A stretch of 63,418 nt of DNA, filler included, from Saprolegnia diclina VS20 (GCF_000281045.1; 11 parts of 2 records of this genome joined end to end with filler, not necessarily neighbours in it), one strand, 5' to 3'. Positions 1 through 11,719 are shown, counted from the whole stretch's first letter. The notes: generated by a model not told the origin, from the sequence alone. Numbers and translations are program-made.

Positions 1-94
1 ACTGCTTTCGACTGACCTTTCTAATGGTTACTATAATATGTCTAGTGTATATGTGTAAATTGCTAACTCATTATTGGTATTACTTGCTCTAACT

Positions 95-3000
95 TTAGTT
101 TTTGGACCGGCGCAGCGAAAACTTGCTCGAGAGCGACTCGCGGATCGAGAACGACTCGCGCGAGACGGACTCGCGAGACGTGTCTTCCGACGCCATCGAC
201 GAGTTGTGCGTCAGCGCCATCGACTCGCGCCCAATCGCAATCGACTCGCGATCCGCACCCGACGACGACCGCGTCCGGCGCTTGTAGACGCACGTGTCTT
301 GGTCGACGCGAATGCCCCACTGAAGGTAGTCGGTGTTGGTCGCGGCTTCCAGGAACTCGTTGAGCTTTTGGATGCGCTCCTGGATGATGCGATCGGTAAA
401 GTTGCCAAAGAGCTGCTTGTTGGGGAGGTCCGGAATGTCCTTGCGGCGGTACCCGTTCTTGGTCTGGAGCGTCGTCGCGAGGTTCCGGAACGTCGAGTAG
501 CGGTGCCACACGAAGAGCGTGCCACGGCTGTTGGTCTCGATCTGGAGCTTGTACTCGACAAACTGCCGGCCTTCGCGGAACGTGATGCGGCTGTCGACGA
601 CCTTAGCGCTAATGAGCGACACTTCCTGGGCGCGGACGAGCTTGCTCTGGAGCGTGAGCACTTGGTGCTTGAGGCGCTCGTTCTCCCGCAGCAGCTCGGC
701 GTCCGCATGCTCTGCCACGTACGCGGCCATCTTGGCGCGAAGCGACTCGTTCTCGGCTTGGATGACGCGGTTGTGTGTCAAAGCGGCCATCGCCGCTTTC
801 TGCGCTTCGACCGCCGCGGCCTCGGCCTCGGCCACGCGCGCGGCCGCCGACGTCAGAATGCTCTGCGACGACGCCGAGAGTCGGTCGCCGTCGTCGGAAC
901 TCGTGTCGACCGGTTCGTCGTCGACGTTGCTCGAGGTCCGGGTTTTGTCTTCTTCCATGATCTTGATCTCGGTCGCGCGCGTCGCCTTGTGCGCAGCTTG
1001 CGCCTTGGCTTCGGCGGCCTCGGCAGCAGCCTTGGCCTTTTGAAAGGCGACTTGGCGCTCGTGCTCAGCAGCCTTGCGCGCGCGCTCCGCTTCGACGATG
1101 ACGACAAAGCGCTTGCGCGCCTGCATGCCACGGACGCGCGTCTGGAGGCGGATCGTACCGGACTTCATGCTGCGGTACGCCTTCTGGGCCGTGAACCGAC
1201 GCACCGCCGTCTGCACGACGAGGGCCGACTGCCGCGTGGCAAGGAAGCGCTTCCGGAGCACATATCCACGCATATACGCCTGGATACGCGTGGCGTACTG
1301 GCGCAAGACGACCGCGCGCTGGTCCTCCAGATGATGAAAAAGACCGGACGAGAAGTAGACCTTGGTGCGGCCGATCGCAAAGCGCGCGTTGCGAGACGAG
1401 GACTCGGAGATGCCGAGGATCTCGAGGAGGCCGTGGACCATGGCCTCGGGCGGCGCCGACCGGAGCTTGGACGGGCAAATGATGGCAAAGCGAGACGTAA
1501 ACTCCTTGAGCGAGAGGCGGTTCGGGAACGCCGCGCGACTGATGCGAATCGCGGCAATGACGCCGGCGCACCGGAGCTGATCGACGACCATGTGCCGGTC
1601 AAACTCGGTCGCGCTCTTGTTGGCGTTGGGCTTGATGCAGCGGACGTACTGCGTCGACGTCTTGGCGATCTGGTCCATGAGCTCGCCGAGCTGCTTGCGG
1701 AACGAGCCCGCGATCGTGTTGCCGACGAGGAAGCCCTGGCGGCGCGACGGCGGCTTGGCATTCTTGTCCTTGGAGACGCCGCCCTTGGCGAGCTCAGGGA
1801 AGACGTCGCGGATGAACGACGACTGGCTCGACGCGAGGAGCTCCATGAGGTCCGCGGGCAGCGTGTCCTTGTTCTTGTCGAGGAACTTGGTGCCGTCGTA
1901 CGTCACGTCGCCGGCGTAGTGGAGGATCTTGAACTGCATCGGGTTGGTGCGGATCTTCTCATAGTTCTTGTGGTCCGCGAACGACTCGTTGACCTTGTTG
2001 ACAAACATGCGGTCGTCGCCCTTGGGCTGGAGACCCGTCTCGTTGAGCATGTCGACGATGCCGAGCTTGCCTTCGATGAGGTCGAGGATCGGCTGGTTGT
2101 CCTCAAACCTCACCAAGTCCAACGGGATGCCCTCTTCAATGTACTCGGCCTGGACGGTCTTGAAGATGTCGCTGTTGAACTTTTGCTGCAGCTTCTCGTT
2201 GGCGTAGTTGATGCAGAGCTGCTCAAAGCCGTTGTGGTCAAACGACTCGAAGCCAAAGATGTCGAGGAGACCAATGTGCGACGAGACGTTCTTGGTCGAG
2301 CAAATGGCCCGGTTGATGCCCCCGACGAGCCAGTCGAAGAGGCGCGAATAAATACCCTTGGCGAACGCGTCGCGGAGGTCAAAGGCCTGGTCGACCTTGA
2401 GCGGGATCGTGAACGTCTCACCACGCGTCGTCATGGTGCGCTGGCAGAGCGTCTTGGTGAGCGCTTCCGGCGCCGTCTTGAGAAGCGCAGCGACGGCGGC
2501 GAGGTTCTCGGACGTCGAGACTTGGCTGCTCTCGGCGTTGACCGCCGTGAACGCGACCTCGCCGAGGTTCAAGATGGCCGAGACGATCTCAAAGATACCG
2601 TGCTGCTCGCGGTCGTCGATCCCGATCGTGTCCATGGCATCCTTCGTCTCTTGGAGAAACACCGAGTCGTCCGTGTTGTCGACGCGCGAGCCCGCACCGA
2701 CCTTGACAAAGTTGTAGTCGGCGACGTTGCCCTCGAGGAAGAGCGTCTTCTTGAGCTCCGAGGCCAGCGAAAAAACTTGGTAGAAGATGTGGTAATTGCG
2801 CTCGCCCTCGGTCTGGCCCACGACGCGGCTCTTCTCGAGCAAGTACGTCTCGCAGCGCGCGCCAATGAGGTACCCACTCGCATCAAACTGCAGCTGCGCA
2901 AACTTGCCAAAGCGCGAACTGTTGTCGTTGCGCTTCGTCTTGGCGTTACCAAAGGCTTCGAGGAGCGGGTTGGACTTGAGCACTTGGTCGATGACGGTCG

Positions 3001-3658
3001 AGCCCTTCTCGCCGCCGCCAGACACGGACGCCAAGTGGTGCATCATGATCTTGACCGTCTCGGTCTTGCCAGCACCCGACTCACCGCTCACGAGAATGCT
3101 CTGCTCGATGCGCAGCTTGCGCATGTCCAGGTACGCTGATGCCGAGAGTGCGAACGGATGCGGGGTGAGGTCGCTTCGCGGCTGGTCAAGGTACTTTCGG
3201 TAGAGGTCCTACGTCCCACTATAAGCACCGCAAATTACCGACGGGCCGCAAACCTTGCCATAGAGGTCAAGCCACTTGTACGGGTTGACAGCAATGCAGA
3301 TCTGGCCCGTGTATGTGTACGGGATGCTCTGCGCGTGGCGCAATTGCAGGTTCTTCAGGACCGCCGGCTCGTGCAGGTGGTTGAGCGTGCACATGTCCTC
3401 GACGCCGAGCTTCTCAAAGGTGTTGCAGATAGGCATCGCGGTCGAGGAGACTTCGCCCGCGAGCTTGGCGATCTCGGCGATCTCGAACGTCTTGACGACG
3501 CCGTCTTCGGGGTCGTAGCCATCGCCGTCGGCGAGGAGGCGCACGGTGACCGTCGTCTCGGTCGGCTTCTCGATGGCCTGGGCCTTCTTCCACACCTCCT
3601 TCTCATGGGGCACCCACACGAGCGACCCCATGGACTGGTCGCCAAAGGTAGAGGTCAT
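95..3658 (-). CDS. Myosin with N-terminal SH3-like region, motor, IQ motifs, coiled coil and C-terminal PX domain (class XXX-like); 2 exons (3658-3254, 3208-95)
   Basis: P-loop GESGAGKT, switch I NDNSSRFGK, switch II LLDIFGFE, FEQLCINYANEKLQQ, YVRCIKPN; IQ motifs (IQAYMRGYVLRK, VQTAVRRF, LQTRVRGM); PX motif VWHRYSTFRNL...PDLPNK...ER...LNEFL. A GT-AG intron at 3209-3253 joins ORF 3209-3835 to ORF 95-3124 in frame. Confidence 0.93.
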
Positions 3659-4685
3659 GGCAACGACGACTTGTGCGAAATGAAGTACTGATGCTGACTT
3701 TCTCGGATGCTTTTGGATCTTGCGTGTGATTGGCTGGTGGCTTCGGGCGGCGGCCAGCGCGCGCAGGTATTCGCTCATAGAGTGCGATATTGAACGGGGA
3801 TTGCCCGCGCCTCTAACCGCACCCGCTTCTAGCACTTGAAGTTTGTATCAAAAGATCGGTGACCACCCAGAGTGTACTGTTTTGTGGGAATCCGAGCGCG
3901 ACACACTGCGGTTTAAAATTTGAGCCGTGCGACATAGAAATAGCAAGTGCATTTTAATTGGACACTTTGGAAGAGGCCGACCGCCTTATCCGGATCGTCC
4001 GCGCAACCGCCGCCGACATCGCCAACGACCAAGGAACGAGCGTGCGACTAACTAAACTTATAGATCGACTATTGCATTCTCCAAGACGTTGGGAGGATGC
4101 TTGGCACCATAGCTTAGCCCTTCATCGACGGAATCGTTCGATGAGCAACGGTCAAGGGCAGTACCGCACACGGATTGAAGCCACCGGAGATCAGAGTGAG
4201 ATGCCAGCAAGGTTCGTCGACAAGAGCACCTTCAGCGCTGCTCGCGAGATATGTCAGAAATAGCGCTGCACCTGCGAGCGGAGCTGCATTCCATTTGCAG
4301 TCACGAGCACCCGACAGTGAGCCTCAAGGAGGCAGTGGGTCGCTGTATCCACGTGGCAGCATGACAGGCAGCCAAAATGAACCAAATTCTGGCTCCCATC
4401 GATCGCAACACTGGCATCGAGATGGTCACACGCTCCGAAGAGCGTGCTTGTGCAACCGGCAAATGACCGGCAAATGAGCGTGCTTGTGCAAGGCCGTAGT
4501 ACGGTACTGTACGGTAGGAGCGCCTGCGACGTTATCGACTCGAATGGCGCCAGTGGGTTGAACGTCATTGCTCACGCAGCTTGCTCACAACACGTCCATT
4601 TCTCACGTGGTTTTCTACTTCACCGGATGTGAAAAACGCGAATCTCATGTGGGATTTGTGCGTCATTTGAGATCGGGCAAGCGAG

Positions 4686-4937
4686 ATGGAGGTCGAGAAG
4701 GAAGTGGCGCAGCTCGCGATCGAGATCCGCCGGCTGGGCCGCGACGAGACGGCGGCCGACGGCAGCGTGGCCTTCGGCGTCACCTTTGGCGAGCTCTTTG
4801 ACGACGAGCGCTGCGTTGACCTCTTTGAGGCGCTCATGGGCACGCTCCGCGCCGCCAAGCGCAAAAAGGTCATCGACTACCCAGGCCAACTCCTCCTCAA
4901 GGGCGTCAACGACAAGGTCTTCATCAAGTTGCTTTAA
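4686..4937 (+). CDS. Costars-domain protein (ABRACL-like small actin-associated protein), 83 aa
   Basis: Full-length match to the Costars pattern: EV..L..EI.RLG...VTFGELFDDERC.DLFEALMGTLRAAKRKKVI.YPG.LLL.GV.D.V.I.LL. Confidence 0.93.
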   Translation: MEVEKEVAQLAIEIRRLGRDETAADGSVAFGVTFGELFDDERCVDLFEALMGTLRAAKRKKVIDYPGQLLLKGVNDKVFIKLL

Positions 4938-4977
4938 GAAGACGACGAATACGATCATTGCATGCATGGAAGATTGA

Positions 4978-7900
4978 CTATTGCTGTTTGCACTCGGACT
5001 TCTCGGCTTCGGGCTCGGGCGCCGGCTCGCGCAGCAGCGCCGCGCTTGGCGTCACATTTCGCCCGGGCGTTCTCGCCGTCTGGCTCGGCGTCAACTGTCG
5101 TCCTGTTGCCGGCACTGTCGCATAGCTCTTGGCAGGCGTCGTGTTGAAGCCGGGGGGTGCGACCGGTGGCTGGAGAGCCGTTAGGGAGCTCGGCGAGTAG
5201 TCTTCGAGGAGCTTCTTGAGGTGTTTGACCTCGTAGTGCAGCTGGAGGTTCTCGTTGACGAGGTACGCTGGCTCGCTGTCCGCGCTGGCTTTGGCTGCCT
5301 CTTCGCTCGCCTGAAGAGCCTCCTTGCTGCGGCGGAGCTCGTCGTCGAGCTCTTGCAATTGCACTTCGTACTGCTCGATCGTGCTCTGGAGCGCGCTCGA
5401 CTCGGCCGCCTTGATCTTGACTTCGTTCTCCATCGTCTTGACCGCAAGGCCCAGCTCGCCCTACATACTGCATGCGGCATGCTGCCCACCACCAAGTTCC
5501 CACGTACCACTTGATCTTCAAGCGCCGACCGCTTGGTGTGCTCGGCACGGAGACGCGCCTCGAGCTCGCGCACCTACACGCGGTCAATAAGCCTCGGCGA
5601 CACTGCGTTGTATGGACGAACCTCGGCCTCGGACGTGCTTGGTCTCGCCGCGAGCTTGGCGCTCAGCGACGCAATCTCCTGTGTCTTCTTCTTGTTGTCC
5701 AGCTTGAGTGTCTGGAAGATCTCGAGGTGGTGCTTGGTCATCTTGACGAGCTCGAGCTTGGTGATGCGCGACCGGGCGACGTCGAGCTCGTCACGGACCG
5801 CCGTGTGCTCCTGCCGCAGCGTGCGCTCGCTTGTCTTGACCAGCTCGAGCTCTACGCCGTGCAGAATACATTGGCTCCTAAATACATTGCACTCGACTAC
5901 CTTTCTGGATCTGCTTGTAGTCGGCTTGGAGCCCTTCGATCTGCTCGTACAACATGCCCTTTTCTTCGACGACCTGGGCGATCTGCTGCTCGGCGTCGAT
6001 CTCCAGGCTGCGCTGCACCTTGCTGCGGTCCGTCTCCATCTCGGCCAGCGTCGCGCGGACCTCGTCCAAGTCCTTCTCAAGCACGCTCTTCTCGTATGCT
6101 TCTTCCTCGAGCGCGGTCGTCAAGCGCGCGACGTGCGCCTTCTCGTCGTCGAGAGCCCGCAGTTGCGCGCGCAAAGACGTCGCATCATTGGCACTGGCGT
6201 TCAGCTGCGCCTGGAGCTCGGTCACTTTGGCGTCCAATTCCGCCGTCGCGGCCGTCGCACGGCGCGCCGCATCGGCTTCCAGCGCCTCGTTGGCTGCCGT
6301 GAGCGCTGCCACTTGCTCGGTCGCGGTGGCCAGCGCCGCCTCAGCCGCCGAGAGTGCCTGGTGTTGCGCCACGCGCTGCGCGTACATCGCATCTTGGTTG
6401 GCCGAGAGCGTCTCCTCGAGCTTGGCCATGGCTCGTCCGTGCGCGTCGATCGCGTCGTCCTTTTCGCGAGCGCTGGCCTCGAGCGTGGCAAGGGCCAACT
6501 TGAGTGCAGTGCGCTCGTCGGCCCACACGCTGCTCTGCGCCGTCAACTCGGCCGCGTGTGCACTCGTTGCGTCTACGACCTCTTGCGCCAACATCCGGAT
6601 CTTGTCCTCCAGCGACGTGATGCGGCTAGCGTGGAGCGCGTCTTCGCTGGCCACGGACGTCTCCAGCATGCGCTTGTCTTGCTCAAGGCGCTGGACCTGC
6701 TCGGTCAGCGCTTGGTGCTCGACTTGGAGCGTGTACAAAGTGCTTTGCAACGCGGCGGCTTCATCGGACGCAGTCGTCGCGCGGGTCGATCTCAGCTGCT
6801 CGAGGTCGGTCGTGAGCTCTTGCATGCGCGCTTGAAGCGCTTGCTTCTCCTCAAACGCTTGCGTCTCGAGGTACCCGAGCCGCGTGACCTTGTCTTGCGC
6901 TTCGGCCAGCGACAGCTCGAGGACTTCCATCGCACTGCACATGGAGGTATTTTCATGTTGAAGCGTCTCGAGCTGCGTCGCGACCTCGGCCGCGGCACGC
7001 AGCTTGGCTTCGAGCTCTGTCTTTTCATTGAGGAGCGCGTTCACTTGGGTCGAAAGCGCAGCCACTTGGTCGTTGACAGATCCGTCCGCCAAATGCAGCT
7101 TTCCTTGCAGTACCACGAGGTCTTCTTCGAGCGCAAGGCGAGCCGCGGTCGCCGCTGTCGCGCGGGCGTCGGCGTCGGCGATCTGCTTGCGAAGGTCGCA
7201 CTCGACTTGGTGATGCGCTGTCTTGGTCGACAAGAGCTCTTCTTCGAGGAGACGCGCAATGGCCTCGGTGGACGCTGAGGCTTCACGCGCCGTGAGCATG
7301 GCGCGGCTATGCTCCGAGAGCGCTGTCTCGAGGTCCTTCTCGATCGACTGCAATTGAGTCATCAGCGCGCTTTCGACCGCGACCTTGTCGTCTTTCTCGG
7401 CTTGGAGCTGCTCGGTCAGTGTCGATACGTCCTGCGTGAGCTGGTCGACCTTGGCCTCCCACTCGGCGTCGTCGTCCACGCGCCGCTCCAGCTCCGCGTC
7501 CAGCTGCCGCTGCAGCGCCTCAAGTTGGAACTGGATGGCTTCTTTCTCCATCTGGACAGCCGCCACGTCCTGTGCACTGTCGTTCGCGGTCGCGAGCGTC
7601 TCGTTCTCGGACTGGAGCGCTTGGATCTGGAGGTCCCACTTATCCTGTGCGGCTGCCGCGTCGGCAAGCGCTTGCGTCAGCTTGTTCTCGGCCTCGTCCA
7701 GCGCACTCTGGAGCTGACCCACGACCTCAGGCTCCTTGGGCGGACCACGAAGCGCGTCGAGCTCCGACTCGTACTGGAGTCGCAACTGCGCATGCGTCTT
7801 CTCGAGCTCTTCCATGTAATGGTTTTGCTCGTCCAAGCGCGTCTGGAGGCTTGCGACCTTCTCGACGTCGCCCACCTGCGCTTCGAGCGCCTTGACCTTC

Positions 7901-9687
7901 TCGACCTCGTCGTTGTACGCCTCCTCGAGGTCGTTCCGGGTCTGGGACGCGTTCTCGAGCAGCTCCTCAAACGCCGCAGCGATCTTGGTTTGCTCGTCCA
8001 GCTTCTCTTCCAAGCTACCGATCGTGCTCGTCGATGCGTCGACAGTAGCTTGGAGCGCTGTGACGGCAGCTTCGGTGACCGTCAGCTTGTCCTTGAGGCT
8101 AGCGCGGTCCGCCGACATGGTTTCCAAGAGCGCTTCAAAGTCGCGGACCGACTCGTCTGCCGCGACGCAGTGCGCACACGTTGGCGGCTGCGCCTTGCTC
8201 TCTTCGAGAGCCATCTTGGCGGCGGCCAACTCGCGCTTGAGGAGCTCGACCGTGCGCGCGTGCTCGATCGCAAGAGCCGCGTCGACGACACTCCCTTCCG
8301 AGTACCGTCCCTTGCGCTTCTTGGCGACGCTGCCTTCTTCCTTCTCTTCGTCTTCGTATGCAAACCCGTGGCGGGCGGCGGAGGCGACCGCCGCGATCTC
8401 GCCGGGGCCCCACGTCTCGCGCGCGCGCTTCGTCTTGGTCTTCTTGACGTCACTGGGCTCGAGCGACGCGCGGCCCGTGACGATGAGGCCCTGGAGGCGC
8501 TCGATCTTCTCCTGCTGCCGCCGCTTCTCCTCCGAGAGCGCTTGGTTTTCGGCCAAAAGCGCATTGAGCGAGGTATCGCCGAGCAGCTTCTTGCGAAGGT
8601 CGTTGACTTCGCGCTGGAGCCGCTGCATCTGAGCGTGGTCGTCGAGTACTTCATTGACAGTCGCACTCATCTGGATCGTCTTGGCACGCGCCGCAAACTG
8701 CAGCGTGCTCTTGGACTCTTCGAGATGGCGGTCCGACGGCGTCACGCAGCACACGATGAGCGTGCGCGTCGAGCCTGCGAGTGAGTTTTGGAGAAGCCGC
8801 GTGAGCTTCGAGTCGCGGAACGGCGCGCTTTGGACGCTCTCGGGGCCTTGGGCGAGCGAGTTGATGACGCGCGCGAGCGTGAGCAGCGACCGGTTGATGT
8901 TGCCGGCCTCGCGCTGCCGCGCGCCTTCCGACGACGTGTGGCGCACGCTCTCCGAGCCTGCGAGATCCACGAGGTTGAGGACGCCGACGAGGTACGCGAC
9001 GCCATCGTCCTTCTCGGGCCCGCGCTCCTTGGACTCGATCACGATCTGAAAGATGCTGTGGGACCGGCTCGAGTGCTCGTTCATGGAGGTTTGGCCCACG
9101 GCGCGGCGCGCGTTGCCTTGGTCGACGAGACGCATGATCGTATCAAAGTCGGTAATGAACTCCTCATGGGCCTCAAGGTAGATGCCTTTCTTTGGGTCTT
9201 CGCGGATCTTGACGTTCTGGCCCTTCTCCTTGTCGTCGCAGAGGAGGTCGCGAATGACTTCGTTGTAGATCTCCACGTACGAGACGCGAATGAGGAAGTC
9301 GCGGTCCGTCGAGTCGGCAATGTACTGGAAGATGTGCTGCACGGCCAGCGGGAGGATGCCGGGCTCGCCCGCCTCGCCCGTCATCGTGTGCGTCTTCCCG
9401 GACGACGTCTGGCCGTACGCAAAGATGGTGCCATTCACGCCCATGAGCGTCGAGAGCACGATGCGCTTGGCGACTTGGTCGTAGATGGTGCTTGTGGGCA
9501 CGCGCTGCTGGAAGATGTGGTCGTACTGGAAGACCGCGGTCGGGCCCTGCAGCGGCGTGCCATGGCGGTCCGTGATCGAGATCGCGTTGAGCGCCGGGAG
9601 CACGCGGAGGACGCTCACGTCCTTGTTGCGCTTCTCGCGCTCGTTGAGCGGCCGGACCCGGATGCACACGTCGATGTTTTCCTCCAT
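4978..9687 (-). CDS. Kinesin-7 (CENP-E-like); 4 exons (9687-5901, 5851-5622, 5573-5508, 5460-4978)
   Basis: N-terminal motor (IRVRP, AYGQTSSGKT, NEHSSRSH, LVDLAGSE, PFRDSKLTRLLQ) and a long coiled coil. GT-AG introns at 5852-5900, 5574-5621 and 5461-5507 chain the ORFs in frame. The protein ends ECKQQ*. Confidence 0.9.
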
Positions 9688-9723
9688 CTTGCGCTCTACC
9701 AGGCAATAATAAAATACCAGTCC

Positions 9724-9795
9724 CCCGCCATTTTGATTTTGAGTTTGAGCTTCATTTAAAAATACCGGCGTTGGCGCGCCATTGCAGCCAATCAG
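9724..9795 (-). promoter_or_regulatory. Putative kinesin promoter with CCAAT box, E2F-like TTGGCGCG site and CHR-like TTTAAA
   Basis: CCAAT at 9788-9792, TTGGCGCGCC at 9771-9780, TTTAAA at 9755-9760 and TGGCGGG (minus strand) at 9724-9730, all within about 105 nt upstream of the ATG. Confidence 0.35.
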
Positions 9796-10103
9796 AGACG
9801 AGGACGAGACCGAAGATCGCCATAGCCAGGCCGCTGTCCCCTTGTCGTATCTGGTGCTGGAGCCAGACGCAGGCCCATCGCTTGCACTACCAGTGCGGCT
9901 CTAATCGAGGTCCTGGTGCCAGGCCCCCCCTAGCGTAAGGCACAGCCACCCGCGTCCACCCCTCGAACCTAGACGAAGAACCGCGGATTCTGGCGCCTCT
10001 TACAACCGGGTAGGGTGGGCCTGTGTTGTTGGCAACACTGCCGTTGCCAGGTCTCGTCGTTAGCTGATGGACGGTAGCTTATAATAGCAAGAGAACTAAA
10101 TGC

Positions 10104-11122
10104 TTAGCGTTGTTGGTGACGGTCGAGAGGAAGCGTGGTCGACGCGTCGTTGGGCACGCCAGACCCTTTGCGCCGAGCTGCATGCTTGGGCACGGTGACC
10201 GACGCGGAGCCCTGGAGCTGAAGAGAAATCGCAAAAAAGTCGTCCGTATAGAGTGTAAAGTGGACGCAGACGCAGCCCGTCAAGAGGATATCCGATGGTG
10301 CAAAGTCCCAGATGGGCTCACTAAAGTGAATGTCGACGCGGCAGCGCCCCTCTACGTCGTCGACCATCGCCGTGTGTATTCCAACTACGCACCGACCTTT
10401 GCTCGTTGCATGAGGCACCAGAAGCACTTGCGGGCGTGGAAACGCTAATACGTCAAGAAGGCTCGGGTTCGATCCCTGGACCAACGTCACTCACCGCCAA
10501 AGAGGTGCTTGATCTTCATCGTCGCGACGGGGTCGCGTGCATAGGCGCCTGCCACGTCCGTGGGCAAGTACCCGCCGCAGGCCACGCGCCTAAGAAATGA
10601 GTTGTCCCACGCGTCGCTGTCAACGCGTACGGGTCTGCGCCCTGCTTCAGGAGCTCCTTGACACACTCGAGCTTGCCAAGGGCACTCGCAACGTACAGCG
10701 CTGTTCGCTACACCAAGTCGATGACGATGGCTCCATGGGAGTAGAGCAACGACTGTACCTTGTTGTCGCCCTGCGCATGCGGCCCATGTGAGATGAGCTT
10801 GGCCATAGGCATGAGAGAAGACGTACAAAGAGCTACGAGTACGGTGTGCAAGACACTGTGGTGGAACTCAAGGCCGTACCTTGACATAGCACAAGTGGCG
10901 GTGGGTCTGTAGTCGGTGGCGAAGTGCCTGTACGTCGTTGGCGACTATGGCGCGGTAGATAGCCTCGACGGCCGGCGCGTCCTTCTCTCTCGTAGGCGTC
11001 ACGGCGTGCCCGTACCGGGCGACCCACCAGTTGACGTCGCGCCGAACGTGCTGGACGGGCTGCTTTTGCTTCTCGAGGCTTTTGGCTTTGGCCAGCAGCG
11101 CTGCCAGCTTGTCGCCGCCCAT
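10104..11122 (-). CDS. Multi-exon ankyrin-repeat protein with a C-terminal bacterial-type Ig-like (Big) domain
   Basis: An exon near 10630-10710 reads RTALYVASALGKLECVKELLKQGADP (ankyrin). The last exon reads VDIHFSEPIWDFAPSDILLTG...SVTVPKHAA...NDAS (Big-type pattern). Several short GT-AG introns; exact exon boundaries are partly uncertain. Confidence 0.6.
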
Positions 11123-11285
11123 GTTGTAGTCGTTACGGCTGAAACGATCGGCGACGCAGGTCCTTGCAGCGTCGGCGTCTCTGTCTCGTAGAGCCCAAGC
11201 CTTGCGGCGAAGGGACCATCGTCATCACATCGCTTCGACACCATGTCGCTTGACAATATTAGAACATGCATGACTTGATCTTGCA

Positions 11286-11719
11286 TTATGCATGGGTTAG
11301 CAGCGGGGCCCACGGGTCCTCCAAGAACGACGGCTGGAAGAGCGACCGACCAAAGCCAGCGCTGCCCGACGCGCCTCGGGGCTGGCTCTCACGAGGTGGC
11401 CGCCCTTCCAGGAGCTCGCGCCACGGGTCCTCAAGAAAGGATTCTTTAAAGAAGCTCCGTCCAAACCCGCTCGTTGATGACGCGGCTACTTGCGCTGGCT
11501 GCGGGCGGTAGTGCGACGTTGCATGCGAGCTCGGCTGGTGTCTACATACCATCGTCAGCGTCCACGCCTTCTCCATGCGTTGTACCGCGGGCGCTTGCTG
11601 CGCGGGTTGGCGTGGCCTACGCTGCGCCGCTCGTCGCCACTGTCCTTTGCTTTCGCCTTGGCCTTGGGCACATACAGCGGCTTCTTGGTGCTCTGGAAGC
11701 TCGTCGGTAGCTCGTCCAT
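11286..11719 (-). CDS. Small (~129 aa) disordered protein with two F-x-x-S-F-L-E-D-P-W-x-x-L-L motifs (MPLKIP/TTDN1/SICKLE-like); 2 exons (11719-11586, 11541-11286)
   Basis: ATG at 11719. A GT-AG intron at 11542-11585 removes a stop and joins in frame to ORF 11286-11576. Motifs GFGRSFFKESFLEDPWRELL and GFGRSLFQPSFLEDPWAPLL. Confidence 0.7.

Noticed and set aside
3958..4632. Short ORFs between myosin and Costars
   Set aside because: Mostly non-ATG starts, no recognisable domains, non-coding composition
74..9759. Long antisense ORFs (74-3139, 5533-7278, 7309-8784, 8788-9759) as overlapping genes
   Set aside because: Shadow ORFs from GC3-biased codon usage of myosin and kinesin on the opposite strand; no motifs of their own
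10455..10485. GGGTTCGATCCC T-loop/B-box suggesting a tRNA
   Set aside because: No acceptor stem, D-arm or anticodon arm can be folded; it lies in a probable intron of the ankyrin gene
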